DNA of 54,187 nt from Candidatus Aminicenantes bacterium (GCA_004377005.1 SOIV01000051.1:1-54187); one strand, 5' to 3'; counted from the first letter of the stretch, positions 8,801-16,523 are shown. Notes: generated by a model from the sequence alone, not told the origin. A program made the numbers and translations.

Positions 8801-10287
8801 TCAAATTCGAAATCGTTCTTTGTGTATCTGTAGGTTAAGGGACCGATGTAGATGCTGTTTTTTGTACTAATATCTCTCAATTGAGAAGCTAAATTCACAG
8901 CCTCACCTATGACTGAGTATACTTTATCTGTGCTGCCAACGCCTGCTATTACCGTGCCGGAGTTGACTCCAATACGTATACTCAGAGGAATCCTGAGGTT
9001 CTCTTTCTTGTTGAATGTATCCAGAGTGTTACGTAGCTCTATGGCCGCATTTATCGCCTTTTTTGGTGCGTCCTCTATAGCTTGGGGGATACCAAAGGAC
9101 GCCATGAAACTCCCCCCCGTGGTCTCATCTATCCGGCTTTCGTATTTCCTGATAACAGAATCAAACATCGCAAAACAGCGATTGATCACTAAAGCTGCTT
9201 CTTCTGTTTCCAGGCTCTCCAGAACCTCCGAATAACCGAGTATCTCGCCGGAAAATATAGTAGCTTGCCGCCGTTCCGTTTCCCTCCCTGCTTCCAAACT
9301 TTTCTTTGCAGCCAGATCTTCTTTTTCCTTCTCCAGAGATATTTTGAGCTTGGTCAAATCTGATATGAGCCGGTCTGCTGATTGATACCGCCTCTCTGGT
9401 TGCTTCCGCAGACACTTCAAGACAATACGTTCTGCTTCCTCCGGAATATCCTCCTTCAAATCCATTGGGGGTTTAGGAGTATTGTGGATGATCGCATACA
9501 ACATCGATTGCTCATTTTCCCCTTGAAACGGAAGATATCCAGTAAGCAATTCATAAAACACTACTCCCAGGGACCACAGGTCTATGTGTTGGTCCGTACT
9601 TTCTCCCATGGCCTGCTCGGGAGACATGTATGCCGGAGTGCCTGTAATTGACGATGTCAGGGTCAGTTTCGCCTCACTGACCAGTTTGGCCAGGCCAAAA
9701 TCGACGATCTTTATGACTCGATCACTTGTTTCTATGATGTTAGCCGGCTTGATGTCCCGATGAACTATCCCCTCACTATGCGCCTTGGACAATCCCTGAG
9801 CCACCTGGATCACGATCTCTATTGCATCAGCTAAAGGGACAGCCCCCCTCTTGATCTTTTGCCTAAGCGTCTCTCCCTCATAATAGGCCATGGCGATATA
9901 CAACTGGCCATCTTCGGTCTCATCGATCTCATGGATAGTGCATATGTTCTGATGATCGAGAACTGAAACTGTCTGGGCTTCCAGGACAAAACGCACCTTG
10001 GCATCTTTATGGCTGCTGAGTGCAGAAGGCAAAAACTTGAGAGCAACAAAGCGTTTAAGTTTATCATCCTTGGCTTTGTACACCACTCCCATGCCGCCCC
10101 TGCCAAGCTCTTCATGTATTTTATACCTGCCAGCAAAAATTGTTTCAGGTTTGAATTTTATCCTGGGAAGGAAGATGGTTTCAGGGTCGGCGATTAAAGT
10201 TTCATCAGAAACTGTAAAAGAGGTGGCACATTTAATGCAAAACTGGGAATCTTCTGGATTTGGGGTATCGCAATGAGGACACTTCAT
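5875..10287 (-). CDS. Zinc ribbon + Ser/Thr kinase + degenerate class III nucleotide cyclase + AAA ATPase + TPR protein
   Basis: CPHC..CIKC; kinase motifs LGRGGMGVVY, VALK, HRDIKPAN, DFG, YMSPEQ; cyclase motif IRIGVNSG; Walker A GEAGIGKS; LEDLHWAD, GNPFF, YLFKHAL. Confidence 0.9.
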   Translation of the reverse strand: MKCPHCDTPNPEDSQFCIKCATSFTVSDETLIADPETIFLPRIKFKPETIFAGRYKIHEELGRGGMGVVYKAKDDKLKRFVALKFLPSALSSHKDAKVRFVLEAQTVSVLDHQNICTIHEIDETEDGQLYIAMAYYEGETLRQKIKRGAVPLADAIEIVIQVAQGLSKAHSEGIVHRDIKPANIIETSDRVIKIVDFGLAKLVSEAKLTLTSSITGTPAYMSPEQAMGESTDQHIDLWSLGVVFYELLTGYLPFQGENEQSMLYAIIHNTPKPPMDLKEDIPEEAERIVLKCLRKQPERRYQSADRLISDLTKLKISLEKEKEDLAAKKSLEAGRETERRQATIFSGEILGYSEVLESLETEEAALVINRCFAMFDSVIRKYESRIDETTGGSFMASFGIPQAIEDAPKKAINAAIELRNTLDTFNKKENLRIPLSIRIGVNSGTVIAGVGSTDKVYSVIGEAVNLASQLRDISTKNSIYIGPLTYRYTKNDFEFETLESVSLKGRTEPVTVFRLLSVKERVYRARLGAERMIYSEMVGREKELNKLKLHVLKAINGEGSVVNVIGEAGIGKSRLVAELSRRDELKKVTLLRGRALSIGSNLSFHPIIDILKSWALIKEEDPPDASAQKIEKVIRNVFPEGVSEIFPFIATLMGIKLTGKYAERVKGIEGDALEKLILKNFRDLIARASVTKPLVFVLEDLHWADLTSVDLFESLYRLAESNSILFINVLRPDYGTGERILRTIRNRYSDYSTEINLEPLDGSQSEALIGNLLNVEALPIRIRELIARRAEGNPFFIEEVARSFIDDGVVEIENGHFRVTEKIDSVVIPETINDVIMARVDKLEEQTKSLLKIASVIGRNFFYKILAEVARRVEEIDDRLEHLKEVQLIKERRRMKELEYLFKHALAWDAVYNSILLKKKKQLHLDVARSIESVFCERLHEFYGMLAFHYSRADEMEKAEEFLLKAGEEALKAAASNEALNYFQDAMELYLRKFGDAVSPEKIASLQKNIGMAFYYKGHFAESVEHFDKALEYWGLKRPKSEIKARFKLLIDLLWMMKEINFPSKKRKRTPGKEENDIMETSYRKVMALISIDTYRMFTEAIGLFRRVGKFNLTEMEHGLAFLSGFSALFSYSGVSLKIGKKILGYFKPYLDKCDDRTLFAYDFWKLVCEYLSGDWSKEQEFDEELIDTMMLKGETWHAPGYAGMLSFIKTELGDFRTAQKCCDKFQEIADLYEDDHHKARKSHYYTKLLLRSRKLYDVLDETEKMIHLNNKIGQRLSVIYLLGIRANAQILLKDLDGAESSLLQAAEPVSREKRISPLMISSYLTSQFLLNLCKLEKAIDSGDKSEIKQLRKKAFHFGKENLKNSKKFAAEQTKALRLMGVYFWLIGKQEKAITWWKRSITNGEELDARPELSRTYMEVGKRMSEVKSRIHQLNGISAEEYLGKARSLFVELGIESDLDELDVILSQRS

Positions 10288-10363
10288 TTTAAATGTTCAT
10301 TCCCCTTTAAGCTTTAGTAAGAATAACAATTTATAAGATTCTAGTCAACCCCTTCCATAGTGT

Positions 10364-10418
10364 TGTCAATGCAAAGTAAAAACTTCCGGTTTTCTGCCAC
10401 GCCAAAATTTCCGGTTTT
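10364..10418. mobile_element. Isolated IS21-family-like terminal inverted repeat
   Basis: TGTCAATGCAAAGTAAAAACTTCCGGTTTTCTGCCACGCCAAAATTTCCGGTTTT: TG terminus with tandem internal repeats. No transposase present. Confidence 0.55.
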
Positions 10419-10471
10419 AACATCGATCAAACATGTCCTTATAATCATACTTTTTCCATGGATGCTCCATT

Positions 10472-10543
10472 TGACCTGCCCCCCATCAATGTGCCACCTA
10501 TAAAGTTAAATTTGCAGCCTTTGAGGTTTGCTCCTTTAACCAA
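10472..10543 (-). mobile_element. IS3-family right-end remnant
   Basis: The minus strand reads WLKEQTSKAANLTL* then GTGGCACATTGATGGGGGGCAGGTCA, a typical IS3-family IRR ending in CA. Confidence 0.6.
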
Positions 10544-10545
10544 TG

Positions 10546-10598
10546 AAGCCTAGGCACGTGCATTGATAATCAATCCTCCCTATCCCCAGGGTAAAATT
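10546..10598 (+). repeat. Truncated variant-C repeat
   Basis: AAGCCTAGGC...GATAATCAATCCTCCC-TATCCCCAGGG homologous to 3424-3480. The left part is replaced by the IS3 remnant. Confidence 0.8.
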
Positions 10599-10626
10599 GC
10601 GTCGCATTAGATGCATTATGTCAACC
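10599..10626 (+). other. XerC/XerD dif-like site
   Basis: GCGTCGCATTA-GATGCA-TTATGTCAACC. The ~65 bp downstream is homologous to the flank of the 1880 site. Confidence 0.75.
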
Positions 10627-10755
10627 CATAAATTCTATGCTGTAGATATCAGTAAATCAGAAAAAAACGGCATCTAAAAACTCGGAAATTTTGGGTGCGA
10701 ATCTAGTAATGGTAAGGTCTGGATTTGATACTTATTAAAGTAGCAAAAATTTAAA

Positions 10756-10909
10756 TGTTCATGAAAAATGAACAATGCGAATTATTGAACATTAAACTTT
10801 ATAAAAATAATAAATTCTTATAATTTAAGGGTTGTATAAAAAAAAATATTGACATTTGTACATTTTTTTGTTATGTTCACGAATATTGTACGACTAATAT
10901 AACTGTACA
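10756..10909 (+). promoter_or_regulatory. Sigma70 promoter and probable AbiEi operator array
   Basis: TTGACA(10849)-17 bp-TATGTT(10872). Inverted repeat TGTTCAT-GAAAA-ATGAACA. TGWWCR hexamers at 10756, 10769, 10786, 10857, 10874, 10887 and 10904. Confidence 0.6.
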
Positions 10910-10930
10910 AATACAGGAGTGTGATTATCA

Positions 10931-11971
10931 ATGAACATGGAAATTATGGAGAAAGAAATTTTAAATCGAGCGCTGCAAAAATTTCGTGAAAATACAGGAC
11001 TTACAGCTGAGATAATTGAGATGGCTGCAAGGGCAACTAATGCGGGCTACATTCATGATGCAATAATCAAAATTAAATGGAAAGATTTGGATTACTTTTT
11101 TGCGGTTGAAGTTAAAAACATCATTACGCGTGCGACACTTGGAGGAGCGATACAACAGTTCCATTTATTTAAGGAAAAAGGGATGCTCGTAGCAAGGTAT
11201 ATTACCCCTCAAATAGCAGACGAGCTAAAAAAAATGGACATTCCTTTCATGGACGTCACAGGAAATGCATATATAAATGAACCACCTTTGCTTATCTTCA
11301 TAAAAGGGAATAAGCCTACTGATAAATATCGCTTAGAGCAGCCGGTGCGGACATTTCGACCGGCAGGACTACAAGTTATTTTTGCACTTTTATGCAATCA
11401 AGGTCTGGAAAATGCTCCTTTTAGAGAAATAGCTAATAAAGCAGCTGTTGCCTTAGGAACAGTCGGCTGGGTTATGTACGATCTAAGGAGAACGAACTAT
11501 CTGATGGATCTACATCCACGAAATCGACGATTGATTCGCAAAGAAAATTTGTTGAACAGATGGGCTACTGTATATCCTGAGCAATTGCGACCGAAAAAGA
11601 TGCTGGGCCGCTTTCGTGCGGATAAACAGGATTGGCGGAAGTATGCAGAAATAAAAGATATTAAAGGTCTGTGGGGCGGCGAGCTGGCTGCAAACATATT
11701 GACCAAATATCTGAAGCCACAAATTTATACAATTTATGCAAAACTCCCTATTGGTAGGTTTTTACTGAAAAACAAGCTTAAAAAGGATAACAATGGAGAT
11801 ATAGAAATTCTCAATATATTTTGGGAGTTCGGGCTTGATCGGTTAAATGATGAGTTGGTGCCTCCCCTCTTGATTTACGCGGACCTTCTTGCAACAGGTG
11901 ATGCCCGAAATATTGAAACTGCGAGGATTATTTATGAAAGGGAACTTACTAGACTTATCGGGGAAGATTGA
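10931..11971 (+). CDS. abiEi: Type IV toxin-antitoxin antitoxin, AbiEi family
   Basis: Motifs FAVEVK, FMDVTGNAYI, HTH region FREIANKAAVALGTV, WGGELAA, VPPLLIYADLL..GDARNIETA. Confidence 0.8.
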   Translation: MNMEIMEKEILNRALQKFRENTGLTAEIIEMAARATNAGYIHDAIIKIKWKDLDYFFAVEVKNIITRATLGGAIQQFHLFKEKGMLVARYITPQIADELKKMDIPFMDVTGNAYINEPPLLIFIKGNKPTDKYRLEQPVRTFRPAGLQVIFALLCNQGLENAPFREIANKAAVALGTVGWVMYDLRRTNYLMDLHPRNRRLIRKENLLNRWATVYPEQLRPKKMLGRFRADKQDWRKYAEIKDIKGLWGGELAANILTKYLKPQIYTIYAKLPIGRFLLKNKLKKDNNGDIEILNIFWEFGLDRLNDELVPPLLIYADLLATGDARNIETARIIYERELTRLIGED

Positions 11972-12797
11972 TAAAGTTAGACTGCTAGCTTTTGAGAAAG
12001 TTTCAAAGGTAGCAGACTATCTAGGTATCCCATTCTTTATAATAGGTGCTGCAGCTAGGGATTTGATACTTATGAATGGCCATAACATACCTACTATCAG
12101 AGCTACTCTTGATATTGATTTTGGAGTTCAAGTTCCAAGTTGGGATCAATATTTGAGACTAAAACAAGGCTTAATGGAGACGGGTGAATTTACTGAAACC
12201 GAGGATGTCCAGAGGATGATGTTTCATAGCAGTCTAAGAATAGATTTAATTCCATTCGGGCCGATTGCAGATAACACAAGTACGATTAAATGGCCGCCCA
12301 GTCAGGAAATTGTGATGAGTGTTCTTGGATTTGAGGAATCATTCCGTCATTCACAAACTGTTAGACTAAGTTCAAATCCCAAACTTGACATAAAAATAGT
12401 AACACTAGCTGGTTTAGCGGCTATGAAAATAATCTCTTGGAAAGATAGATACCCAGAACGCGATAGAGATGCAAGCGATTTAGCATTAATTATTCGAAAC
12501 TATACAGATGCAGGAAATGTTGAGCGGATTTTTGATGAAGCATTAGATTTAGTGGACTCTGAAGATTTTGATTATGTATCTGTTGGAGCGCGATTACTGG
12601 GTCGAGATATCGCTGTGATTCTTTCAACTGATGCCAAGGCTGTAGTTTTAGAAATATTGAATAATGAAACAGGAAAGCAAGATCGTTATAGACTTCTAGA
12701 AGATATGATGCGGAGTGATTTATTATTAACCAATGATTTTGAAGATGTACTCAGGTGGCTTGAGGAAGTGAAAACAGGAATTTTGGAGGGGATTTAA
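11934..12797 (+). CDS. abiEii: AbiEii/AbiGii-family nucleotidyltransferase toxin
   Basis: Motifs IIGAAARDL, RATLDIDF, IDLIPFG, MKIISW.DR, RDASDL. Overlaps the antitoxin 3' end. Confidence 0.8.
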   Translation: MKGNLLDLSGKIDKVRLLAFEKVSKVADYLGIPFFIIGAAARDLILMNGHNIPTIRATLDIDFGVQVPSWDQYLRLKQGLMETGEFTETEDVQRMMFHSSLRIDLIPFGPIADNTSTIKWPPSQEIVMSVLGFEESFRHSQTVRLSSNPKLDIKIVTLAGLAAMKIISWKDRYPERDRDASDLALIIRNYTDAGNVERIFDEALDLVDSEDFDYVSVGARLLGRDIAVILSTDAKAVVLEILNNETGKQDRYRLLEDMMRSDLLLTNDFEDVLRWLEEVKTGILEGI

Positions 12798-12881
12798 GCA
12801 GAACTAATAAATAATGAATCTTTTGAGATGATGAAATCCTTAATACAAACTGCGCATATCTATATGTAATTCATAAAATCT

Positions 12882-12892
12882 GCGTCGCATAT
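12882..12892 (+). other. Isolated XerC-arm-like half site
   Basis: GCGTCGCATAT matches the first 9 nt of the 10599 left arm. No recognisable XerD arm. Confidence 0.35.
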
Positions 12893-13239
12893 CTATTACT
12901 ACGGAATATGGCACAATTTGTTTTACCGAAGCTTACTGGGGTTATCGGGGAAAGGGGAAAGGAAAATTTGTAACCGAGAAACCAATCAGGGCGGAAGCTC
13001 CCTTCAAGTTTACAACCACCTGGACTAGGTATTGACTCTAATTACAAATTAATGCATACGCCTCGAGCAACCTTAACCCTTTAGTTGCCCAAAAAAGAAG
13101 TAGCCAACTATCTGAGGTCTAAGTCTCGAGCTCTAACAGAAAAACTGCTAATTCTGGAATATTATTTTTCTTTCACAATCGCCATTAACCAGAAATAGGC
13201 AATCAAAATTAACACGAATCTGTCCACTTCCACAAGCAA

Positions 13240-13268
13240 TTGACCTCATTTTTTTCCTATGATATAAG
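13240..13268 (+). promoter_or_regulatory. Sigma70 promoter with extended -10
   Basis: TTGACC-17 bp (ending TGA)-TATAAG upstream of the 13389 gene. Confidence 0.5.
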
Positions 13269-13388
13269 CCATAGAGAGTGTTAGCTTCAGCTAGTTGGAG
13301 GGATCGTTAATTCTGCTCCTGCTATTTTCATTAGGCTGATTTCACGAAAAATTAAATCTAGCTCAAAGATTAGGAGGGATAACCGATA

Positions 13389-14873
13389 ATGAAGAAAAAC
13401 TGGATGGCAGAACTCACCTATCATTATGAAAAAACTCGGCGCCGATATCCTCAAGATCGGCTGATGATTCTTTTTGATATCGACGGTACAATTCTAGATA
13501 TGCGCTATATGGTATTTCATGTTCTGAAAGCCTTTGATAAAAAGCATGACACCCATTTTTTTCGAAAGCTTAGTGTCTCTGATATTACTGTACATGAGAA
13601 TCAAGTGGATAGTTTTTTAGCAGAGTTACGAATTCCATCAGAGGAACAGAGAGAGATCATAAAGTGGTATAATCAGCATCGCTGGTCTTCGGAGTATATC
13701 CTTCAGTCTCACCATCCATTTTCTGGGGTCCTTGAGGTTATTCGATGGTTCCAACTCCAGCCAAATACCTTTGTTGGCTTGAATACTGGACGGCCTGAAT
13801 CAATTCTAAGTGATACCTTAAGATCCCTGAATAAATTAGGTAAAGAGTATAAAGTTCAATTTAGCGATGAACTGTTGCATATGAATCCTCAGGGCTGGGA
13901 ACAAGAAGTAGAAAATTCGAAGGTTGCTGGAGTGCGCCATTTTCAAAAAAAAGGGTATCGCATCTTCGCCTTTGTAGACAACGAGCCCGATAATTTGAAG
14001 GTGGTCTCCAATATTGATCCAGATCAAGAAATTCTCCTGCTTCATGCGAATACTATCTTCGAATCTAAAAGGACCAGATTACCTTCCCGTACGGTCAAAG
14101 GTAAAGCATACGACATAACTGAACTAATTCCTGAGAAAGAACTGCCCCAGCATATTCAATTTGTTTGGCATGGTATAAACGACGAAGTGAACTTACGTCA
14201 ATTTCTAGCTTCTGAGATTACTTGGGGTGAATGTGATGTTCGTATGGATCCAATAGCCAATGAGTTGATTCTTCGTCACGATTCCTTTGTAGAACTCCCT
14301 CTGGATGTAGACGAAGAGTGGTTTAGTTTGGATCGCCTGCTCCATCGCTTGTTAAAAACAGGCAAGTCAATTAAGCTCGATTTAAAGGCAGGCGGTATTT
14401 TGGTAGATAAGGTTTTGAAATTCATTGAATCTTCCAGCTTTGATGAATCTTGCCTGTGGTTTAACGGCAATGTGGAAAGACTGCAAGAGCAAGGGTTCAG
14501 AAAATTAGCCAGTGCCTACCCCAATGCTATTTTGCAATGCCCTGTTGATTTTTTAGCTCCTCTGATTAGCAGTGCCCCAGAAAAAGCTAAGGAAATACTC
14601 GATATGTTTATAAAATGGGGTATCAACCGCTTTTCCATTAGTTGGAAAACTCAGGACATGCGCAATTTCTTTGATCAGATGGATAAGTGGGGATTTGAAG
14701 TCAATATTTACAACGTTCCTGATTTAGAGTCATTCCTGGAGGTGGTGCTTCTCATGCCGCGATCTATCACGTCCGATTTCAATTTTCCTAAATGGCATTA
14801 TTATGGCAGAGGCTCAGGAGAAGATGGTAGCCATTATGAATATTCTATACGAAAGACGATTGGAAGAAGGTAG
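13389..14873 (+). CDS. HAD-family hydrolase fused to a PLC-like phosphodiesterase (Menorin/FAM151-like) TIM-barrel domain
   Basis: HAD motifs FDIDGT, LNTGR, K, FVDNEPDN. C-terminal FVWHGIND..GECDVR..RHD..IKLDLK. Confidence 0.65.
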   Translation: MKKNWMAELTYHYEKTRRRYPQDRLMILFDIDGTILDMRYMVFHVLKAFDKKHDTHFFRKLSVSDITVHENQVDSFLAELRIPSEEQREIIKWYNQHRWSSEYILQSHHPFSGVLEVIRWFQLQPNTFVGLNTGRPESILSDTLRSLNKLGKEYKVQFSDELLHMNPQGWEQEVENSKVAGVRHFQKKGYRIFAFVDNEPDNLKVVSNIDPDQEILLLHANTIFESKRTRLPSRTVKGKAYDITELIPEKELPQHIQFVWHGINDEVNLRQFLASEITWGECDVRMDPIANELILRHDSFVELPLDVDEEWFSLDRLLHRLLKTGKSIKLDLKAGGILVDKVLKFIESSSFDESCLWFNGNVERLQEQGFRKLASAYPNAILQCPVDFLAPLISSAPEKAKEILDMFIKWGINRFSISWKTQDMRNFFDQMDKWGFEVNIYNVPDLESFLEVVLLMPRSITSDFNFPKWHYYGRGSGEDGSHYEYSIRKTIGRR

Positions 14874-14916
14874 GTGCAAATAGACGCTAACACACCATGA
14901 AAAATTATCCAAAGCA

Positions 14917-14990
14917 GGAAGCCAAAGACCTTGAAGCCCTGGCTTCCCTGGATTGAAAAAGGACGCTGAGCGAATTAGCACCCCATAGCT
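14917..14990 (+). repeat. Hairpin repeat R4 (variant B)
   Basis: GGAAGCCAAAGACCTTGAAGCCCTGGCTTCCCTGGATTGAAAAAGGACGCTGAGCGAATTAGC. Confidence 0.85.
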
Positions 14991-15010
14991 AAAGAGGAGT
15001 AAGGAAAAAA

Positions 15011-15193
15011 ATGAATGTTGAAGAGAGGCTGAAAGCTCAAAGAATAGTAATCGCTATTGCTTTGATATTAATGTCGTTGATTTCATTTAATTTCGCCTTA
15101 AAAGGCACTTACACAATTATTTCTTTAATTGTAGGCTTTGCTTTTTTAGGGATGGCGCTTTTTCTCTTGTTTGGATTAAAGAAAAAACATTGA
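15011..15193 (+). CDS. Small two-TM membrane protein (60 aa) between repeats R4 and R5
   Basis: AGGAG/AAGGA RBS, two hydrophobic helices and a basic tail. Confidence 0.65.
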   Translation: MNVEERLKAQRIVIAIALILMSLISFNFALKGTYTIISLIVGFAFLGMALFLLFGLKKKH

Positions 15194-15200
15194 GGCGAGT

Positions 15201-15290
15201 GGAAGTCAGAGACCCTTAAGCCCTGGCTTCCCGAAATTGAAAGGGACAGCTGAGCGAATTTAAAGTTAATTTCTTTTCCCCGAGAGGACA
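15201..15290 (+). repeat. Hairpin repeat R5 (variant A)
   Basis: GGAAGTCAGAGACCCTTAAGCCCTGGCTTCC...GCTGAGCGAATTTAAAGTTAATTTCTTTTCCCCGAGAGG, colinear with R1. Confidence 0.85.
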
Positions 15291-15318
15291 GTGTCGTAGA
15301 ATTACCAATGTGTCCCGC
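15291..15318 (+). other. dif-like XerC arm with highly degenerate right half
   Basis: GTGTCGTAGAA-TTACCA-ATGTGTCCCGC, at the position occupied by the 1880 site after R1. Confidence 0.45.
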
Positions 15319-15374
15319 ATACTTCAGGACGAGCTTAAACGTAAGAAGTCTATAATTAAGTAAAGAATGGTGTT

Positions 15375-16523
15375 ATGAAATATTTGCATAGATCTCTGTT
15401 AGCCCTTATATTGGGGGTTGTAATAGTATCGTTACTGGGTTTCTGTAAGGAGGCCAATAAAAAAAAGGAAATGGAGAAACATGCTTTCGGGAAAACGGCA
15501 GATGGAACACCGGTTGAGCTTTATACCCTGACGAATGCTAATGGTTTAGAAGCGAAAATCACAAACTACGGGGGCATTGTGGTTTCATTACTGGTGCCGG
15601 ATCGGGATGGGAAACCGGGAGATGTAGTACTGGGATATGAGACCCTGGAGGAATACATCGAGAATAACCCATACTTCGGTACACTCGTCGGGCGTTACGG
15701 AAACCGTATAGCCCGTGGTAAATTCACGTTGGAAGGAATTGAATATACCCTTGCCCAAAACGACGGCGAAAATCATCTGCATGGTGGCCCCAAAGGATTT
15801 GACAAGGTCGTGTGGAAAGCGGATGCAGTCAGGAGTAAAAACAGCGTGGGGTTAAAACTCACTTACCTGAGCAAAGATGGCGAAGAAGGATACCCGGGGA
15901 ATCTCTCAGTAACGGTTGTCTACACCTTGACCAACGACAATGAGTTGAAGATAGAATACACTGCAGTGACAGACAAGGTTACCATAGTTAATCTAACCCA
16001 TCACGGCTATTTTAATCTTGCCGGTGCGGGGTTGGGAGATATTCTGGGGCATGAGTTAATGATTAAGGCGGACAGATTTACTCCGGTAGATAAAGGCTTG
16101 ATACCTACAGGAGAACTGAGGAGCGTCAAGGGCACACCTATGGACTTTACCCGGGCGGTCGCTATCGGTGCACGGATTGATCAGGCTGCTGGGCAATTGG
16201 TTTTGGGCGGTGGTTATGACCATAATTGGGTGCTGAATAATGGTGATGGTTCGCTGGCTTTGGCAGCCAAGGTTTATGAGCCCACAACAGGGCGGGTCAT
16301 GGAAGTTTATACGACTGAGCCCGGCATACAGTTTTATTCAGGGAATTTCCTGGATGGCAGTATCACAGGAAAAGGTGGCAAAGTGTACGAGTATCGTTAC
16401 GGGTTCTGTCTGGAAACGCAACATTTTCCGGATTCTCCCAATAAGTCTGACTTCCCCTCGACCGTTCTCAAGCCGGGTGAAACGTATACAACAACCACGA
16501 TCTACACGTTTTCTGTGAAGTAG
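15375..16523 (+). CDS. galM: Aldose 1-epimerase (galactose mutarotase) with signal peptide
   Basis: Motifs GRYGNRI, NHLHGG, GEEGYPG, NLTHHGYFNL, GYDHN, CLETQHFPDSPN. Confidence 0.92.
   Translation: MKYLHRSLLALILGVVIVSLLGFCKEANKKKEMEKHAFGKTADGTPVELYTLTNANGLEAKITNYGGIVVSLLVPDRDGKPGDVVLGYETLEEYIENNPYFGTLVGRYGNRIARGKFTLEGIEYTLAQNDGENHLHGGPKGFDKVVWKADAVRSKNSVGLKLTYLSKDGEEGYPGNLSVTVVYTLTNDNELKIEYTAVTDKVTIVNLTHHGYFNLAGAGLGDILGHELMIKADRFTPVDKGLIPTGELRSVKGTPMDFTRAVAIGARIDQAAGQLVLGGGYDHNWVLNNGDGSLALAAKVYEPTTGRVMEVYTTEPGIQFYSGNFLDGSITGKGGKVYEYRYGFCLETQHFPDSPNKSDFPSTVLKPGETYTTTTIYTFSVK

Noticed and set aside
12984-12998. 15-bp exact match AATCAGGGCGGAAGC with 3514-3528
   Set aside because: About one such match is expected by chance in 54 kb, and the two copies fall in different putative reading frames. 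Not used as evidence.
1790-15290. Repeats as classical integron attC sites
   Set aside because: No RYYYAAC/GTTRRRY cores and no intI gene in the window.
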